Shown piece by piece: positions 25,257 through 38,900 of a DNA stretch of 64,000 nt (positions are counted from its first letter, which is position 1; every line of letters begins with the position of its first letter). The translations under genes and the position numbers were made by a program. The stretch covers positions 1-64,000 of the forward strand of contig JALDZS010000027.1 in assembly GCA_022813965.1 (NCBI GenBank). Direction: 5' to 3'. The DNA comes from Toensbergia leucococca. Its lineage: Eukaryota. Below the pieces are notes generated by a model. The model was not told the origin of the DNA and did not search any database. It saw only the letters and a program-made list of their open reading frames with translations.

Positions 25257-25978
25257 GGCGGTCATATATATCGATCATGTATCTGCTGGTTGGTAATCTG
25301 CATTTACATAGGAGCGTTTCTGCATTACTCGGCGAAAACGAGGCAGATGGGATTGGGTCCTGTCTCGAGCTTGGGAAACGGCTGGGTGATACTCACTTCA
25401 GGCGTGTTATCATAGAGAATTTGAGCAGTGGTTCAGGGGCATGCGTCGTGATCACTTCGCTAAAGAATCTGAATACGATTGAGATATCCAGAATCAAGGT
25501 CTTTCGTTCAGCTCTGAAGGTTCTTGAATTGTTGGAATGAGACAAGCTTGCTTTGATCACGCATGTGTTTTCGTGTATCGAGGCGCGAAGATGAGACAGT
25601 TCGTTCAGGATCTGATAGACTGGTAGAGTACCATGTCTCATGTTTACTCTATCTACGCCGCTAACAATTGCCTTCGTGCTGACAAGTTTCGGCTCTCGCC
25701 TCCTCAGGCCTCGGCCCACTACTAACAACCTTCAAGAAGATACTTCCTTCATCATATCCCACCTCTCATTTACGCAGACCTTTGTGCTTATTTTCAATAT
25801 CATCCTCCTATTCCAGTGGAGACCAGATCTTCATATCAGGTCTTCCATACGCTAGGAGATTAGTGCCCAGCTTCAATATCTGAGAGCACACATGCTGAGT
25901 CAGATATTTGCCAATTAAATGTGCACTTTGATCAATCCTACACCCTTTGAGTAAAAAACCAACACAAAATCATGAGCA

Positions 25979-27608
25979 ATGGCCAGCTCAATTGATTCCA
26001 TAGCCATCGAGTTCGTATCCCATGGCAATCTTGTCGAGGCCACTTCGAATGGTCTTATAGCTCCTATATCTGCTGATGCCGACAACGAACTCCGAGCTTC
26101 TCGAATCGCGGATTCCTCCGTCCCGGACGGTGGCTATGGCTGGATCGTCATCTTCAGCTGTAGCCTCATCACCTGGTGGTATGTCGGTACCACCTACAGC
26201 TGGGGCGTCATTCAAGCCGCCCTTGTTGAGCATAAGCTCTCCTCGGCTTCGACCCTCTCTTTCGTAGGCTCTCTCACAGTCACGTGTGTGGCGGTGCTGG
26301 CTGTAATCAATGCTCGGATTATCCGGGCACTCGGGGCGAGGAATACCGCGCTTTTGGGTGTGTTGCTCCTTGGCTTGGGAGAAATCCTGAGCGGGTTTTC
26401 AACTTTTAATATCGGAGGCTTGTTTGTGACTTGTGGGATTGTGATGGGCGCGGGTTGCAGGTATGCTAGCTTTTGCTTTGTCTATATTCCTAAAAATATC
26501 ACAATCAATCCTTTTAATTTTCTCTCTTCGTTGGTTCGCAGTCTTTGCTTCATGGTGAGTTCAAAATACGCCCATGTCTTGGTTTTCTTTTCAAAAAAGC
26601 CTTCTCATGCAACTTCTTGACAGGTCGTCTCCGTCACGCCTGCTCAGTACTTCAGCAAGAAGCGGGGCCTCGCCAACGGTATCGTCTATGCTGGAGGGGG
26701 CCTCGGCGGAACGGTCATCAGTTTCGCAATGGACGGCCTGATCCAAAACCTCGGACCGGCCTGGACTTTCCGAATCATCGGCTTAATGACGCTGGGAACG
26801 GGCCTGCCTGCGGCCTGGCTTATCAAAGAACGCGCGCCCATAAGGTCGACCACGTTCATCGAATGGTGAGACACGGACCAGTCCTCCCAACCTCTCCTTC
26901 ACTGAACCCCCTCTCTCGCAGGCGCCTCTTCCGCGATTTCCGCTTCGTCGTCCTCTTCCTCGCCGGCGCAATCGCCACCTTCCCCCTCTTCGTCCCCCCT
27001 TTCTTCCTCCCCCTCTACAGCACCTCCCTCGGCCTCTCTCCCAGCGCCGGCGCCGGCCTCGTCGCCGGTTTCAATTTCTCCTCCGCGGTCGGCCGTCTCG
27101 GTTGCGGCTTCCTGTGCGACGCGGCCGGTCCGCTCAACACTCTTGCCGTCGCGCTAGCTTTGAGCGCGGGGAGCATGCTGGTGTTGTGGCCGGCGGCTGG
27201 GTCACTGGGGCCGCTGATTGCGTTTGTGGTTGTCAATGGGGCGGCGAATGGGGGGTTTTTTGCGACGATGCCGACGGTTGTTGGGGCGGTGTTTGGGAGT
27301 CAGAGGGTCAGTGTTACAATGGGGATGATTGTTACTGGGTGGGCTGGAGGGTATTTGATGGTTTGTTTTCCTTTTTCTTGGCCGGGTTTTCTGGTTTAGG
27401 GGGGGGAGGGGGGAGGATACTTTGCTTACCGTTGCGTTAGGGCGCACCGATTGCAGGATTCTTGCTCACTGCTTATGGAGGGGAGCATAGTACCCTCCAG
27501 GCGTACCATCCTGCTATGTTCTATGCCGGGTCCATGGCGCTGGGGGCTTCGGGTCTGGTGGCTGCTGTTCGGTTTAAGATTGACACGCGGATTTTGAAGA
27601 AGCTTTGA
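25979..27608 (+). CDS. MFS monocarboxylate-transporter-like (MCH family) permease, spliced
   Basis: VPDGGYGW, YSWGVIQ, QYFSKKRGLANGIVYAGGGLGG, FPLFVPPFFLP and GWAGGYLM|GAPIAG; about 12 TM segments over 5 exons, including a 13-nt exon at 26542-26554. Confidence 0.9.
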
Positions 27609-27609
27609 G

Positions 27610-28960
27610 GCTGGCTTATTTTTGTTTTGGAGTTTTTTTTCTTTGGGAAGAAAATGGGGGGGTTTCTGAATTTAAACGTTTTTCTGCGGTAATGGTTCCA
27701 TGTTTTCAAAAATGAATAAAGAGTTTGTTTTAGATGTTTTTTTTTTTGTCTTTTCTGGGCTGAAGAATGGAAGTTATTGTATCGTTCTGTCATGCAGGAT
27801 TATACTACCTGCTACCAAGCCCTTCACTCCACTTCCCAAGTCTTCTCCATTCATTCCATCACCTACACACCCACAGCCATCATTCCGAGTTTTGAAGCCG
27901 TTCGACAGTGCTATAAAGGTCTTGGTTATTGTCGTTGTTTTGAGAAAGGTGATGGGGGGTTTGGGGGGGGTTTGGGGGGGGGGTTCAGCTTTTGAGGATT
28001 GCATGGCTTTGAATTGGGGAGGGGTTGGGAGTGCAGGGGGGTTGGTTTCTGGGTGAGAGATGAGAGATGAGGTTGTGAGGAAGGGAGAGAAAGGTGAAGG
28101 AAGCTTGAGAGGGATGAGAAAAAGAAGTAAGAGTTGTCTCCCGCCCCGGGGGATTGAGGAAATGGGGGGAATTTGAGAGGGTCATTGTCATTAGGACCTG
28201 AACAAACACCTCGTTTGTTAGGGATCTAATTGGTTTTCATTGACGTGGGGTTTTTGAGATGAAATAATTGGATTAGCTTTGTGGGGTTCTGTCTGGAATT
28301 TGTGGGACGGGGGTTTGAAAGTTAGTGGGGTTGAGAGGGGGGCTGATGGGCTGATGGGCTGATGGGCTGATGTGATGTGTTTAATGGGTTTAAAGGGATC
28401 TGGATTGTGGGGTGTTGCTTGCAGTGACACATGAGAAATTCTTTTTTTTTGATGTTGATGTTGATGTTGATGTGGTGTCAATGATCTAGAAAAATTTTCT
28501 CTAAAACCTGTTGAAATTGTTGCTGCGATTTTGGTACTTTGGATTTTTGGTCGGGTTTTTGGGTATTTGGGTTTTTTTTTGTGAGTTTGTGATTATGGTT
28601 GGGAGTTTTGAGATGGAGATGGGGGATGAGGAGGATGAATGGGTGGGGGCTACTTTTTTGTTTTGGTTGAGGGGTGGGGAGGATTGGGGTTTCTGGGTTT
28701 GATTTGAGTGTGGTTGAGTGAGGGAGTAGAGGGGAGGGGAGGGCTGTGAGTGAGGTGGTGAGAGGAGCTTCTTGAGATGAGTGGGTTTGGGTTTGGGGTT
28801 GGGTTTTGAAGGAGGGGAGTGGGGGTTGGTTGGTGTGGTATGGGGGTTTTTGAGGAGAGGAAGAGGAAGGTGTATGTGGGGGTTATTTCGGGTTGGATCT
28901 AGAGATGAGGAATTGGGTTTTGAGCTCTGGGATGGGCGTTGAGCGGTTTGATATGAGTAA
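27610..28960. repeat. Low-complexity G/T-rich intergenic tract with short tandem repeats (GGGCTGAT x4, TTGATG x4)
   Basis: Poly-G/poly-T runs; gggctgat repeats at about 28341-28372 and ttgatg repeats at about 28449-28472. Confidence 0.6.
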
Positions 28961-29407
28961 ATGAACATGAACCTGGTGTAGATGTGGCTAGAGGTGAAAG
29001 TTAATTGTTTCTATTCAACGTAAGATTTCTGACTCCTGAGGTGAATGGTGGTTTGCGATTTGGCTTGGAAAATGCGTCGGTTATGATTGGCTGACTTTTT
29101 GGGCGGATGACGCCGTGGTGGTGTAGTGGAGATTAGGGAGAGCTGTTGACCTTCCTGGCCGTTTGCCAGTAGGGCTGAGATGATCGTAGCCAGCACGGCA
29201 GGATATCGCTTTAGCAGTGTTGCATAACGGAGAAGGCGCGAGGGGTAGGACTCGGACTCGCTTGCCATTTTTCTAGACTACTCTCCTTGGATAAATAAAG
29301 CAGATGACAGATAAGGAACTGGTGAAGGTTCTTGCTGCAAGGGAAGGATATCTGTGATTGAGATCATAGTTATCTAGGAGGGTAAAGATTGGACCACAAG
29401 GCTCAAT

Positions 29408-30905
29408 CTACTTAGTTGTCCTTGGGGGAACTCGAAGCCACGGATCATCGAGTAAATCCTTTGCCGTACTTCGATCTTCTGGTCGCCATTTCAGCATCCG
29501 GCCGACAAATTTCAGAAACATCCTTTTGTTTTCGCCACTTATTTTACTGATAGAACTTTCGAGGGTGAAGTTTGTTGGAACAGAGGGTGGAGCCTTGAGC
29601 TTCCCTATTTACAAATCAGCTAGAGATAGTACGGAAAAGGTTATTGAGGAGCTTTCTACCATCAATATCATAAAACATCGGGGTTCTTTTCCCCTGAGCG
29701 AGTAGATCTTGTGGCGGCGGACCTATTAGTGCAGTAATGTGCGCAAGATGTGTTTGATCGTTAATATTGAAGTCGGTAGGGACAGGATCAACTGCTTGGA
29801 AGAGATACTTGTTCTCCAACAAATCCCATAACTATAGTAGGCGTCACACCTGTGAGTTTGATCATATAGAAATGTCATAGACCTCTTACCAAAACACCCA
29901 GACTCCATACATCAGCGCTGTACGACCAACTTGCGCCGAGAATCACTTTGGGGGCACGGTAGACCTGGGCCTGAACAGAACGGTCTTTGCAGACGCCACC
30001 ACGGACCGAGGAACCAAAGTCGACAATTGAAACAAACCTCATGGAAGCTGGTTGGCCGTAGTCATTTCGAGATGGATATATCGTGCGGTCGTTCAGACTC
30101 TTCTGTGGGAGAGGATTCTGATGCTCATCATGTGCATCTCTTTCCAGAATCGATTTATCTTCAAGGTGGACCATAATGTTATCAAGCTTCAGATCTGTTG
30201 CAATGATTGGTCAGGTATTCGAAATCAAGCAAGTACTTAGATTCAAGATACAGTGTTCTTACCAGCGTGGATGACATGACATTCCGAGTGTAGGAAGTCC
30301 AGGCCATGAAGTAGTATCTGAACCAGGAGCTTGATAAGTACCTCGGGGATGGCACCTCCCTTGAGCCGGGTCTTCAATCGCCAGAGCGGCTCACGCAAGG
30401 GCTCGAATACAAGGCAGACATGCTCGCCAGATGGCCCCTTCAGCGTAAAGGAATCAAGCAGAGTCCGAACAAAATGCCGGCCTTCGTGTCGTGAACTTTT
30501 ATTTGTTTTTAATATGTGCTGGGAGATAGACAATTCACCTTCTGCCGAATCCTTGGCATTTATCTTGACAGTGACATAGCGCTCAGCTGCCCAGCGCCAT
30601 CTGAAGCATGATCAAATTTGAGGTTTTTCAAAGAGTTGTAGGAGAAGCACATACTGGTATAGATCTCTAGCGAGCCAAACGGTCGAGAGAGAACCAAAGC
30701 CAAGTTTGGTAGCAATCTGATATCTGCCGTTCAGAATATCGCCGAGGCGAGCTGGGTAAAAGCGCTTGGGGTCATAATAAGGAGTTTTCTCCTCCTCAAT
30801 GGGCTGCAACGTATCAAGTCGAGGTGCAACGGCTTTGGAAATTGGCCAGGGAGAATGCCGGAGCTGTTTGAGCGGGCTTTTGAGCCAGGCTCGTAGCTGT
30901 AGCAT
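29408..30905 (-). CDS. SRPK-like (CMGC) Ser/Thr protein kinase of the expanded fungal family; APE motif reads APK
   Basis: FYPARLGDILNGRYQIATKLGFGSLSTVWLARD, YVTVK, HVCLVFEPL, VIHA|DLKLDN, DFG, YRAPKVILG and MLKWRPEDRSTAKDLLDDPW; four introns all join in frame. Confidence 0.88.
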
Positions 30906-31428
30906 CTGGTCGCAATTTGAATGATGTGGACACAGAGATGAAGAGTTGAAAGTTGAAATTGACGAAAGTCGGTAGCGAATGAAGTAATTGGAACAAACGC
31001 GTTCGTGAGCTTGATGATACCCTAACGCGCTAGCTGCGGAATTAGGGCTAGTAGATCTAACGAGCAGAAGTAGAAGGGAGGACCGGAGTATTCGTAGATT
31101 ACTCTTTCAGTTTCTGTATTAACCTACAGCTCAATCTTCAATTCGTGTAATGGAATTCAAATCCAAAAGTTATATTTCACGTATTCGTTCCCATCCAACC
31201 CTTAAATACTAATCAACCTTCTTGGGGAGTACTTCCGAGGTAGCTAAAATGGGACAAATTCGATATTGTTTATGGAGTAAGATGAAGCTGTTGGAAGCGG
31301 TATTGTTGGCTGGTGGACGACTGGAACAAGAAGAGGTCATTTGAGATTATCCAAAGTGGTTCATTCACACTGTTCCATGTACTGGACGCAAGCCTACCTC
31401 CTCCCATCATCATTCACTTCCATTACCC

Positions 31429-33018
31429 CTATCCAGCCAAGTCGGTCAAGCTGCCCAACCTACCTCCTACCTTCGCCGGTAAAACCATCGCACTGCGGTC
31501 GTTTCTTTTATAAAATTCCGCGAGCATATTTGCCGTCTTAGCGGGCACATCCTCCTGGATGAAATGTCCCGCTTCCGGGATGACGTGTAACTGATACTTG
31601 CCTTGCATTTGGCCGATCATGAGCTCCTTGTCTAGGCGGTCTGTACCGGCTAAGATGAGAAGCTTAGCGCCTCGGGCAGAGAGGAACTTGGCGCTGAGGC
31701 CCTGGAACCAGTGTTGCCAAAATGGTTGAGTGGCGGAGAGATTGGTGCGCCAGGTGTAGGATTGGGTGGTGTTTAGTGGGGTGAACGGCGACTTGTGGAG
31801 AAGGGAGGGGACGGAGACACGGGCAGAGAGAGAGTTGCGGATGGTGCGGGTGCGGGTGCTGAGTAAGTGTAAGTGTACTGGAAGGGTGAAGGCATGGGAT
31901 TCGAAAGGACAAATAAGCTCTTACTGCCATTCTATACCTGCAGCGAGGGTGGGGAAGCTGACAGGTCGGGTAGATAGATAGTTTTGCATGCTCTGGAGGG
32001 CATCAATGGCGGAGCCTGGTTTTATTAGGTCCGCAATTTAGTGATGCTGGTGAGAAGAACATTACCTTCGACGACGTCCAACACGGCGTAGCCGAGCACC
32101 GAGCTTCCTAATTTCCCAGTCGCTGCTACATCTGTGATCACTGCTCCGCCGAGGCTGTGGCCTACAAGGATCAGATCAGGTAATTGTGTCCAGGAAAGCT
32201 TTTGCCGAGTTAGTTCAATGACATCGACAAGATCCTGGCTAAAGATTTCGAGTCGCAAGTCAAGAGCATTGTCGCTAGGCTTGGTATCTTCTTTACGTTC
32301 AATATCGACTTTCTGTACGGTAGTCTCGCCATGTCCTCGTGCGTCCAGAGATAGCACCCCAGCATTTGGGATAATCTTACAGATTTCAGAGGCAAAGACG
32401 GCGAAGGAGAGGCCCGAGGATCCGGCGCCATGATGGGTAACGAAGAGGGGCCCGTCGTTGGTGGGCTGAGTGATGTAGACATGATGAGTTACATTTCCTG
32501 TGGGGCTGCTTTTCTCGAGAAAAATTTCATTGGCGAAGAAATCGTTCCAGGGGAGTTGGGAGAGAGTGTTTTTGCTTGGTGCAGGGCTGAATGAGGGGCA
32601 GTCGTTAGATATGTGGGCATGAGGGACTTCATGGTTCTTGAGAAACATGATAATTCTGCAGGCTCGTATACAGAGTGAAGAATATGTCTATGAGCAACAG
32701 AACGGGAAACAGAAAGGCACGAGAATCAAGAGGTTCCGGAGGAAAGAAACCGACAGCGTAAAGGAGTTAAACGAACCCCTTTACTCGAGCGAAGAGAAGC
32801 TTACTCGGCAATGGCCTGATGGTCCCTGTAGATGAAGCGGATGATGCAGATGAGTCGTCGTCGTCTGGACTAGGTTCGGGGAATTGCTCGTATTTCTTGT
32901 TGTTCTCATCATCGTCTTCTTCCTCGTCTTGCTCTAGCAGCGTGTTGGGAGGTAAAGGAGGCTCGAAGGGTAGGCCAGCTAGTTTTGCTCTGGCAAATGA
33001 CCTTTGAAGGTCACTCAT
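31429..33018 (-). CDS. PPE1: Protein phosphatase methylesterase 1 (PME-1), spliced
   Basis: HHGAGSSGLSFA, DARGHGET, GHSLGGAV, VLDVVEG|SAIDAL, LAGTDRLDKELMIGQMQGKYQL and GHFIQED. Confidence 0.95.
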
Positions 33019-34301
33019 GACTCTAAGGATGTGACACTGATGAAGAATGAGGTGATCAGTGAGCTGCGATTAAACCCTGACTACCTTACCTACCTGCGCG
33101 TTGATAGTCTAGCGTGTGGACAAATTAAGGTATTTATCCTAGTCACTAGGCCAGGCTCAAGTACGAATGACTTCATTCTGACTGAAACTCACCTCACCTT
33201 TGAGATGAGCGTTGAAGCCGCTTTGAAGGTGCTGTTTGAGTGGTCATAAAAAGGCCAGACTATTGTATTCTACCGCAAGAAACCCGTCGATACAACATGT
33301 CGACCATCAATATTTTATTTAAAGCAACAACGTGCAATGGGCTTGATGATAATTTGTCAACAAGAGCTTATATCTATTTCTCGAGCTTCAATCGGCTGAA
33401 TGTGCTATCTTACGCTGCGGTTGTAATAATCAATCTACAAAGCCTACGCTCTGGATAACCTTGCAAGTCCCTATTACTCACTCTTTCTAGGTCCGACGTC
33501 ATGGGATAATCGCGGTCGTCAAGGTCAGTTTTCGGTCCACTCTTTACCCCTCATAGCAACCCCCGTACTTCTGTAGAGAAATGGAGGGGGCTTCTACATA
33601 CCTATTCTAGAGGTTCGTGTTTTCTGTATTTGTAGATCTAAATCTAATTCACTCATGAATAGGTAGGTCGGTAGACCTGGTCTTTGTTGGAGAAAATCTC
33701 TAGGCTCTGGTCCGCTGAATCCTGCAAAACAGTAACAACCGGTTCTCAGGGCGCTCGCTCCCTCCATTCCCACAATTGTGAGATTTTGAGAAAAAGAGGT
33801 AAAAAAGAAGAGAGAGAAAACATGACTCCCTTGCTCTTAGGATGTGCAACTACCTATGTACTTCACTCTCTCTCCATAACAAAACCCCCTGGACAAAAAA
33901 AAAGTGAAACCCTTCAAAAACCCCCTCATCGCCCCAAAAAAAGAAAACGCCACCGATATTCCTTCCCCTTCCCCTTCCCAACCCAAAATAGAAGCTGCCA
34001 TATCTCCCTGAAAATAAAGACCCAACCCCCCACCTCCCCGCCTCCCTTCGGACCAAATCCCTTGAAACACATGAATTCTAGAAGCGTCAGGGATAACACC
34101 ATCATGCGCTGGAAGAAAACCAAGAAACCCCCGAAAAGATGATTCACACACCCACACCACCCTATTTTTGAGATTGACACAAAAGGAAGAAGAAGAAGAA
34201 TATCCATACCATTGCGATGCGTAAATCATTCCAATCTCACTTCGATGAAACTTTCAAAGCATAGAGATATCCATCACAAAGACCGAAAAAAACAACACAC
34301 C

Positions 34302-37300
34302 TCACTCCCACGCTGGCGACAAAGCCGTAACAGTCTTCTGGCTCCGATCGCTATCGTTCCGGCTCAAAACTCCCTTCATCGACTTTCCCCTCGTCCACTT
34401 GCTCGGACTCCTCAATTCTCCGAGAGTGCTACTCGGAGACGACAAACTATCCTCATCCCCACCAACCGCAAGACTATCGTTAGATAAATGCGAGACAGCA
34501 TTCTCGCGATTGCGACGCGATAAGACAAATTGCGGATTCGTCTCTCCGTTTTGAGCTCGGTCTAGGATTTCCATGTTTTCTGCCGTTAGAGCTGCGGTGG
34601 GGGGAACAGGTCTGGATGCAGGGACGTGGTTGGAGTCCGGGGCGTTGGTGTGTTGAAGGTAGGATTGGCTGGCGGCGAGGAGTTTGTCGTCACGGAGCGA
34701 GGTTGCTTTTTCCTCAGCTTCGACGCGGCGCATGCCCCTGTCCGCTTCGGATTCCGTGCCTGGCAAGGCGCTCGAGCTGGCTAGGCTGCGGGCGCGTTCG
34801 ATGGTGGATGATGAGGGTACAGGATTTGGTGGAGTGTTGAGTCTCAGGGATATGGAACTTTCTGGGTCGATGCAATTACTGTCGTGGTCTGTTGCTTGAG
34901 AATCGCAGCTTTCGTTGAGCCGACTTTTCCGCTTGCTTTCAAGCGCCCATTTCACGAGCATTTTTTCGAGAGTTTTGCCTTTGACAGGTTTGGCAAGGTA
35001 GTCGTCCATGCCTGCTCTTTTGCATTTCTCCCTATCTCCTTGAATGGCGGACGCTGTCATTGCCACGATTGGAACAGCACGCATGCCAGGGAGGTCAGAG
35101 TAAGGACTATGGTGACGAATGAGATGCGTGGCTCGATAGCCATCGAGTATAGGCATTTGAACGTCCATCAGAATTATATCCGGTTTGGGTCGATTCGACG
35201 TTGGTTCTTCAAGAAGGTAATCGAGAGCTTCTTTGCCATTCCACACAGCATTGACGGAGAAGCCAAATTTCTTGATTGTCTTCAACGCAATTTGTTGATT
35301 GATGGCACTAAAGACGATTAGAAACGGGTGAGCATGACAGATAGCCAAACGTACTTGTCTTCTACAACCAACACATGAGTCACTTTGCGCTCAGCCTCCA
35401 GTAAATTAGCGTCGTGGTCGGAGGATGCTTTGACCGGCGATGTGCGAGGCCCAAAAGAGCCAGATCGGGCCTGACGTTGAAGGTGGGAGACTGCAGGTGA
35501 ATCCATAGGACTTTGTGGTGGAGTCGCCGGTGCGCGTTCAGCGTCAGAACCACAACACGATACTGACATTTCCGACTGTAGTCGATCTGGAATGGATCCG
35601 ATGTCAATCAGTGGAGTGACAACACCGCTCATGTATTGGGGCTTGTTGAACGGTATCGAAAAAGTTGCCTTGGTTCCGCTTCCGATTTCCGAGTGGAGCG
35701 AGATTTCACCATGCATCAAGTCTACTAGCTGTGTCTTGTCAGTCCAACTAGCTACTGATTCGAGGCTTGTAGCTATATACTCACATTCTTGCAGATAGTC
35801 AATCCTAAACCAGTTCCGCCAAACCTACGAGCCGTGCTCGAGTCTGCTTGACTAAAGGGTTTGAAAAGCCGCTTTCGTACTTCCTCTTCAATACCAATGC
35901 CAGTATCCTCAACGGTGAAGGCGACCTCAATAGTGTCACTTGTTTCCTTCTTGACAAGTACCGCGAGCTTCACAAACCCCTCGGAGGTGAACTTGATGCT
36001 ATTTGTGAGCAAGTTTGTAAGAATCTGCCGTACGCGGCCAGGATCACCCATGACAATCATATCTCGATCATTACCGATGCGAATATCGCTGTCGAAGCTC
36101 AAACTCTTCCTATCGGCTGCAAAAGAAAGCATTTTGCTGACGTCGTGAATGACTACGGACAAGCTGAATTGAACCTCTTCGATATCAAGCCTTCCTGATT
36201 CCACTTTGGATAGATCCAAAATGTCATTGATAACAGTCAAAAGACCGTTTGCAGATCTCTGAACGTTCTCAGCACATTCTCTTTGCTCAGCATCTAGAGG
36301 GGTATCGAGGAGAAGCTCCGACATTCCTATGACTCCGGCGATGGGTGTTCTTATCTCGTGTGACATATTCGCAAGAAATTGACTCTTCAATCTGCTAGCC
36401 TCCTTTGCCGCCGTTTCAGCCGACAGCAACCGCGCATTTTCTTGATCCCGTTGTTGTAATTCTGCCTCGCGATCTTTAAGGGCGGTGATGTTCATGCTGA
36501 TACCAATAACCCCGTCGACATAATTCTCATCCATCGTACCACCACGACTTTTCTTGCCATGGACTGGTACGAACCTCGTCCGGAACCACCGTCCGTTTCC
36601 GTCAATGTGATGTTCAGATATCTCTTCTGTGGATTTGCCGCTGAGGATCTCCTTGATCGGATTGATGTACAGTGGTAAATCAAGTTTGCCTTTGTGTCTT
36701 CCAAAAACCTTGCTCACATCGTGGCCGATTGATTTTTCGGTGATATCTTCGTCATCCACATCCCACATCACTTGCCCCTCAAGGAATGTCAATACAAAGT
36801 TACGATCCACCGCCCATACAGTAATCTGGGCGTGTTTGATCACATTCAACAATTGCTCCCGTGTCCGCTTTGCTTGTTGTCGGGCTTCGACCAAGTCGTG
36901 TATATCTGTGCATGTGCCAAACCATTTCAAGATTTTGCCAGACTTATGATCTCTCAGAGGCAGAGCGCGTCCAAGCATCCACCGCCATGAGCCATCATGC
37001 TTCTTACAGCGGTATTCAGTGGAGTACTCGTCGCCGGTCGCTAAGCTATGGGTCCATTTTTTGTTCGCTTCAGGTACGTCTTCCGGGTGAAACGGGTTCC
37101 GCCACCCTTCACCTATAGACTCTTCCTCTGTCAAGCCCGTAAATTCGTACCAGCGACGTGAGAACCAGTCTGTCCCTAAGTGAGTTTAATTTTCTCTAAA
37201 ACCAAGGAACGGACAACATACCATGAATTCCTGTTGCACTAGTAGTCCAAAGCTGTTAAGCAAAATTAGCATAACTTCCAGCATTCATCTGCAGGAGCCA

Positions 37301-38900
37301 GGTACAAACCAGTTGAGGCATAGTATCGCAAATCAATTGGAATTGCTTCTCGTTTTCCTCGCTCTGCGACTTGATGATATCCGTGTACTCGGTCACATCC
37401 TTTAGTGCGATAATTCCAGCAAGAAAATCGCCAGTCTTCTCGTCGAATATGCCTTCACCACTGACGTCGTAGTTTTTTCGGCTCGACGTCGCGTCAAGAA
37501 CCCCAACCTTCCATTTGCTGAAAGGTGTTTGGTTTCTGCACAGCTGCACAATGGGCATTTCTTCTGGGGTCAATTGTCGCTCAAAATGTTCCGTATACAC
37601 TTTGAGTCTCGAAAGCAAATCGTAGGCTTCTTCAGAAATAGGATCCGCATTCTGATGCATAAGGCGTGCAGCAGCTTTGTTTGGAATGGAAAGACTCTCA
37701 TCTTTCCACATTGCAACTACCGGGATCTCCATAGCGTTCAGTATCCCATCTTTCATCCTGGCTATTTTTTGGAGTACAGATGGCGAAGCAGTGATATCGG
37801 ATCCACCTGGGCCGGCCGGTGGCGGGAACGACGCCATAGATAGGTGAGGTCCCAATGGAGAGGAGAGTGCAGACGACGTCGACGAACCACAATTCGAGCA
37901 GTAGCCAGAACCAATCGACGAGGACGGACTGTGATTGGATGATGGGGAAAGTGGGGACATTGGATTTCGTGATAAAGTTCGGTTACCAGTTCGGGATTGA
38001 GATTGAGAACGCGTTGATGGTGGGAGTGGATTAGAAGAATGTGTAAACGTCAGAGTGAAGTAGCGCTGATTGTCGAGCGTCCAGATTGAAATGATCATCT
38101 TTGCCTGCATCTGACAGTCGAAATTGGCGTACTTGCAGCTTCGGACATTGCCTCCTTTGATATATTGAGAGGACATGGCAACATCGACCACTGCGTCGTG
38201 TACCAAAGCACGGCTTTTAACCTTGGTTGAGAAGTGTTTTTTGGTGGGCGCTGAAGAGAAGACATGGGGTGTCGTCATGTCTGGATCAGGAGGAGGTGTG
38301 CTTGCCACTGGAGTATCTGTGTCCATTTCATCGGCCAGTCCATCAAGGAATTTCTGCAGCTTCAGTCAGCCAGTAAACCTAATTTGACGCCTCCCAATTT
38401 TTGCATACCTCCCAGCTGACCCAAATTGGCTGTCCGTCTTCTTGCATCATATCTATACCGATCTGTGACAAGGATTGGCCACGGAGCAAGTCTCCCGGTG
38501 TATCTTCTTGTTGAGACTGGCTCTCGTGGCAATGGTCAGCCTCTGCAAGCTTGTCCAAGCCTAGTAATCTAGCCATGGCATCATTGGCCGTTAACACAGT
38601 CTTGGAGCTGGAGAGAATTATAAGTGGGGTTGGGAGGAATTGAAGTGCTGTGAGGGCAGCGTCAGCAGCGTTTGGTCTTGCCGGAATGTTGACAAAGAGA
38701 TTTGAGCTGTTCCTTTGCAGGATATTAGACATCTGAGGGTTCGTCTTCTGTCGTAGATGTTCCTCTGGTCTATGTGAAAAGCTGCGGGGGCCATTCGTGA
38801 AGGAGGCGGGAAAAGACTGGTGTGGGAAGTGGTCGACAGTGTTGCAGTCTGGAGATGGAGCGCCATGACCATTGGGCACAGGGGAGGAGGAACAGTTCAT
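34302..38900 (-). CDS. Hybrid sensor histidine kinase with PAS domains, HisKA, HATPase and receiver domain, spliced
   Basis: PAS/PAC (HPED...EYRC...WRWMLGRALPLRD...KWFGTCTDI), H-box FLANMSHEIRTP, N-box QILTNLLTNSIKFT, DTGIGI, F-box and G2 GGTGLGL, receiver VLVVEDN...ILMDVQMP...DYLAKP. Confidence 0.93.

Noticed and set aside
29112..29190. GCCGTGGTGGTGTAGTGG resembling a tRNA 5' end/A-box
   Set aside because: No T-loop GTTCRA B-box and no acceptor-stem complement downstream.
28501..29268. Minus-strand ORFs (85 aa and 155 aa) as a possible orphan gene
   Set aside because: Mostly low-complexity Pro/Lys/Asn translation of a G/T tract; the only linking intron would be about 32 nt and leads to a stop.
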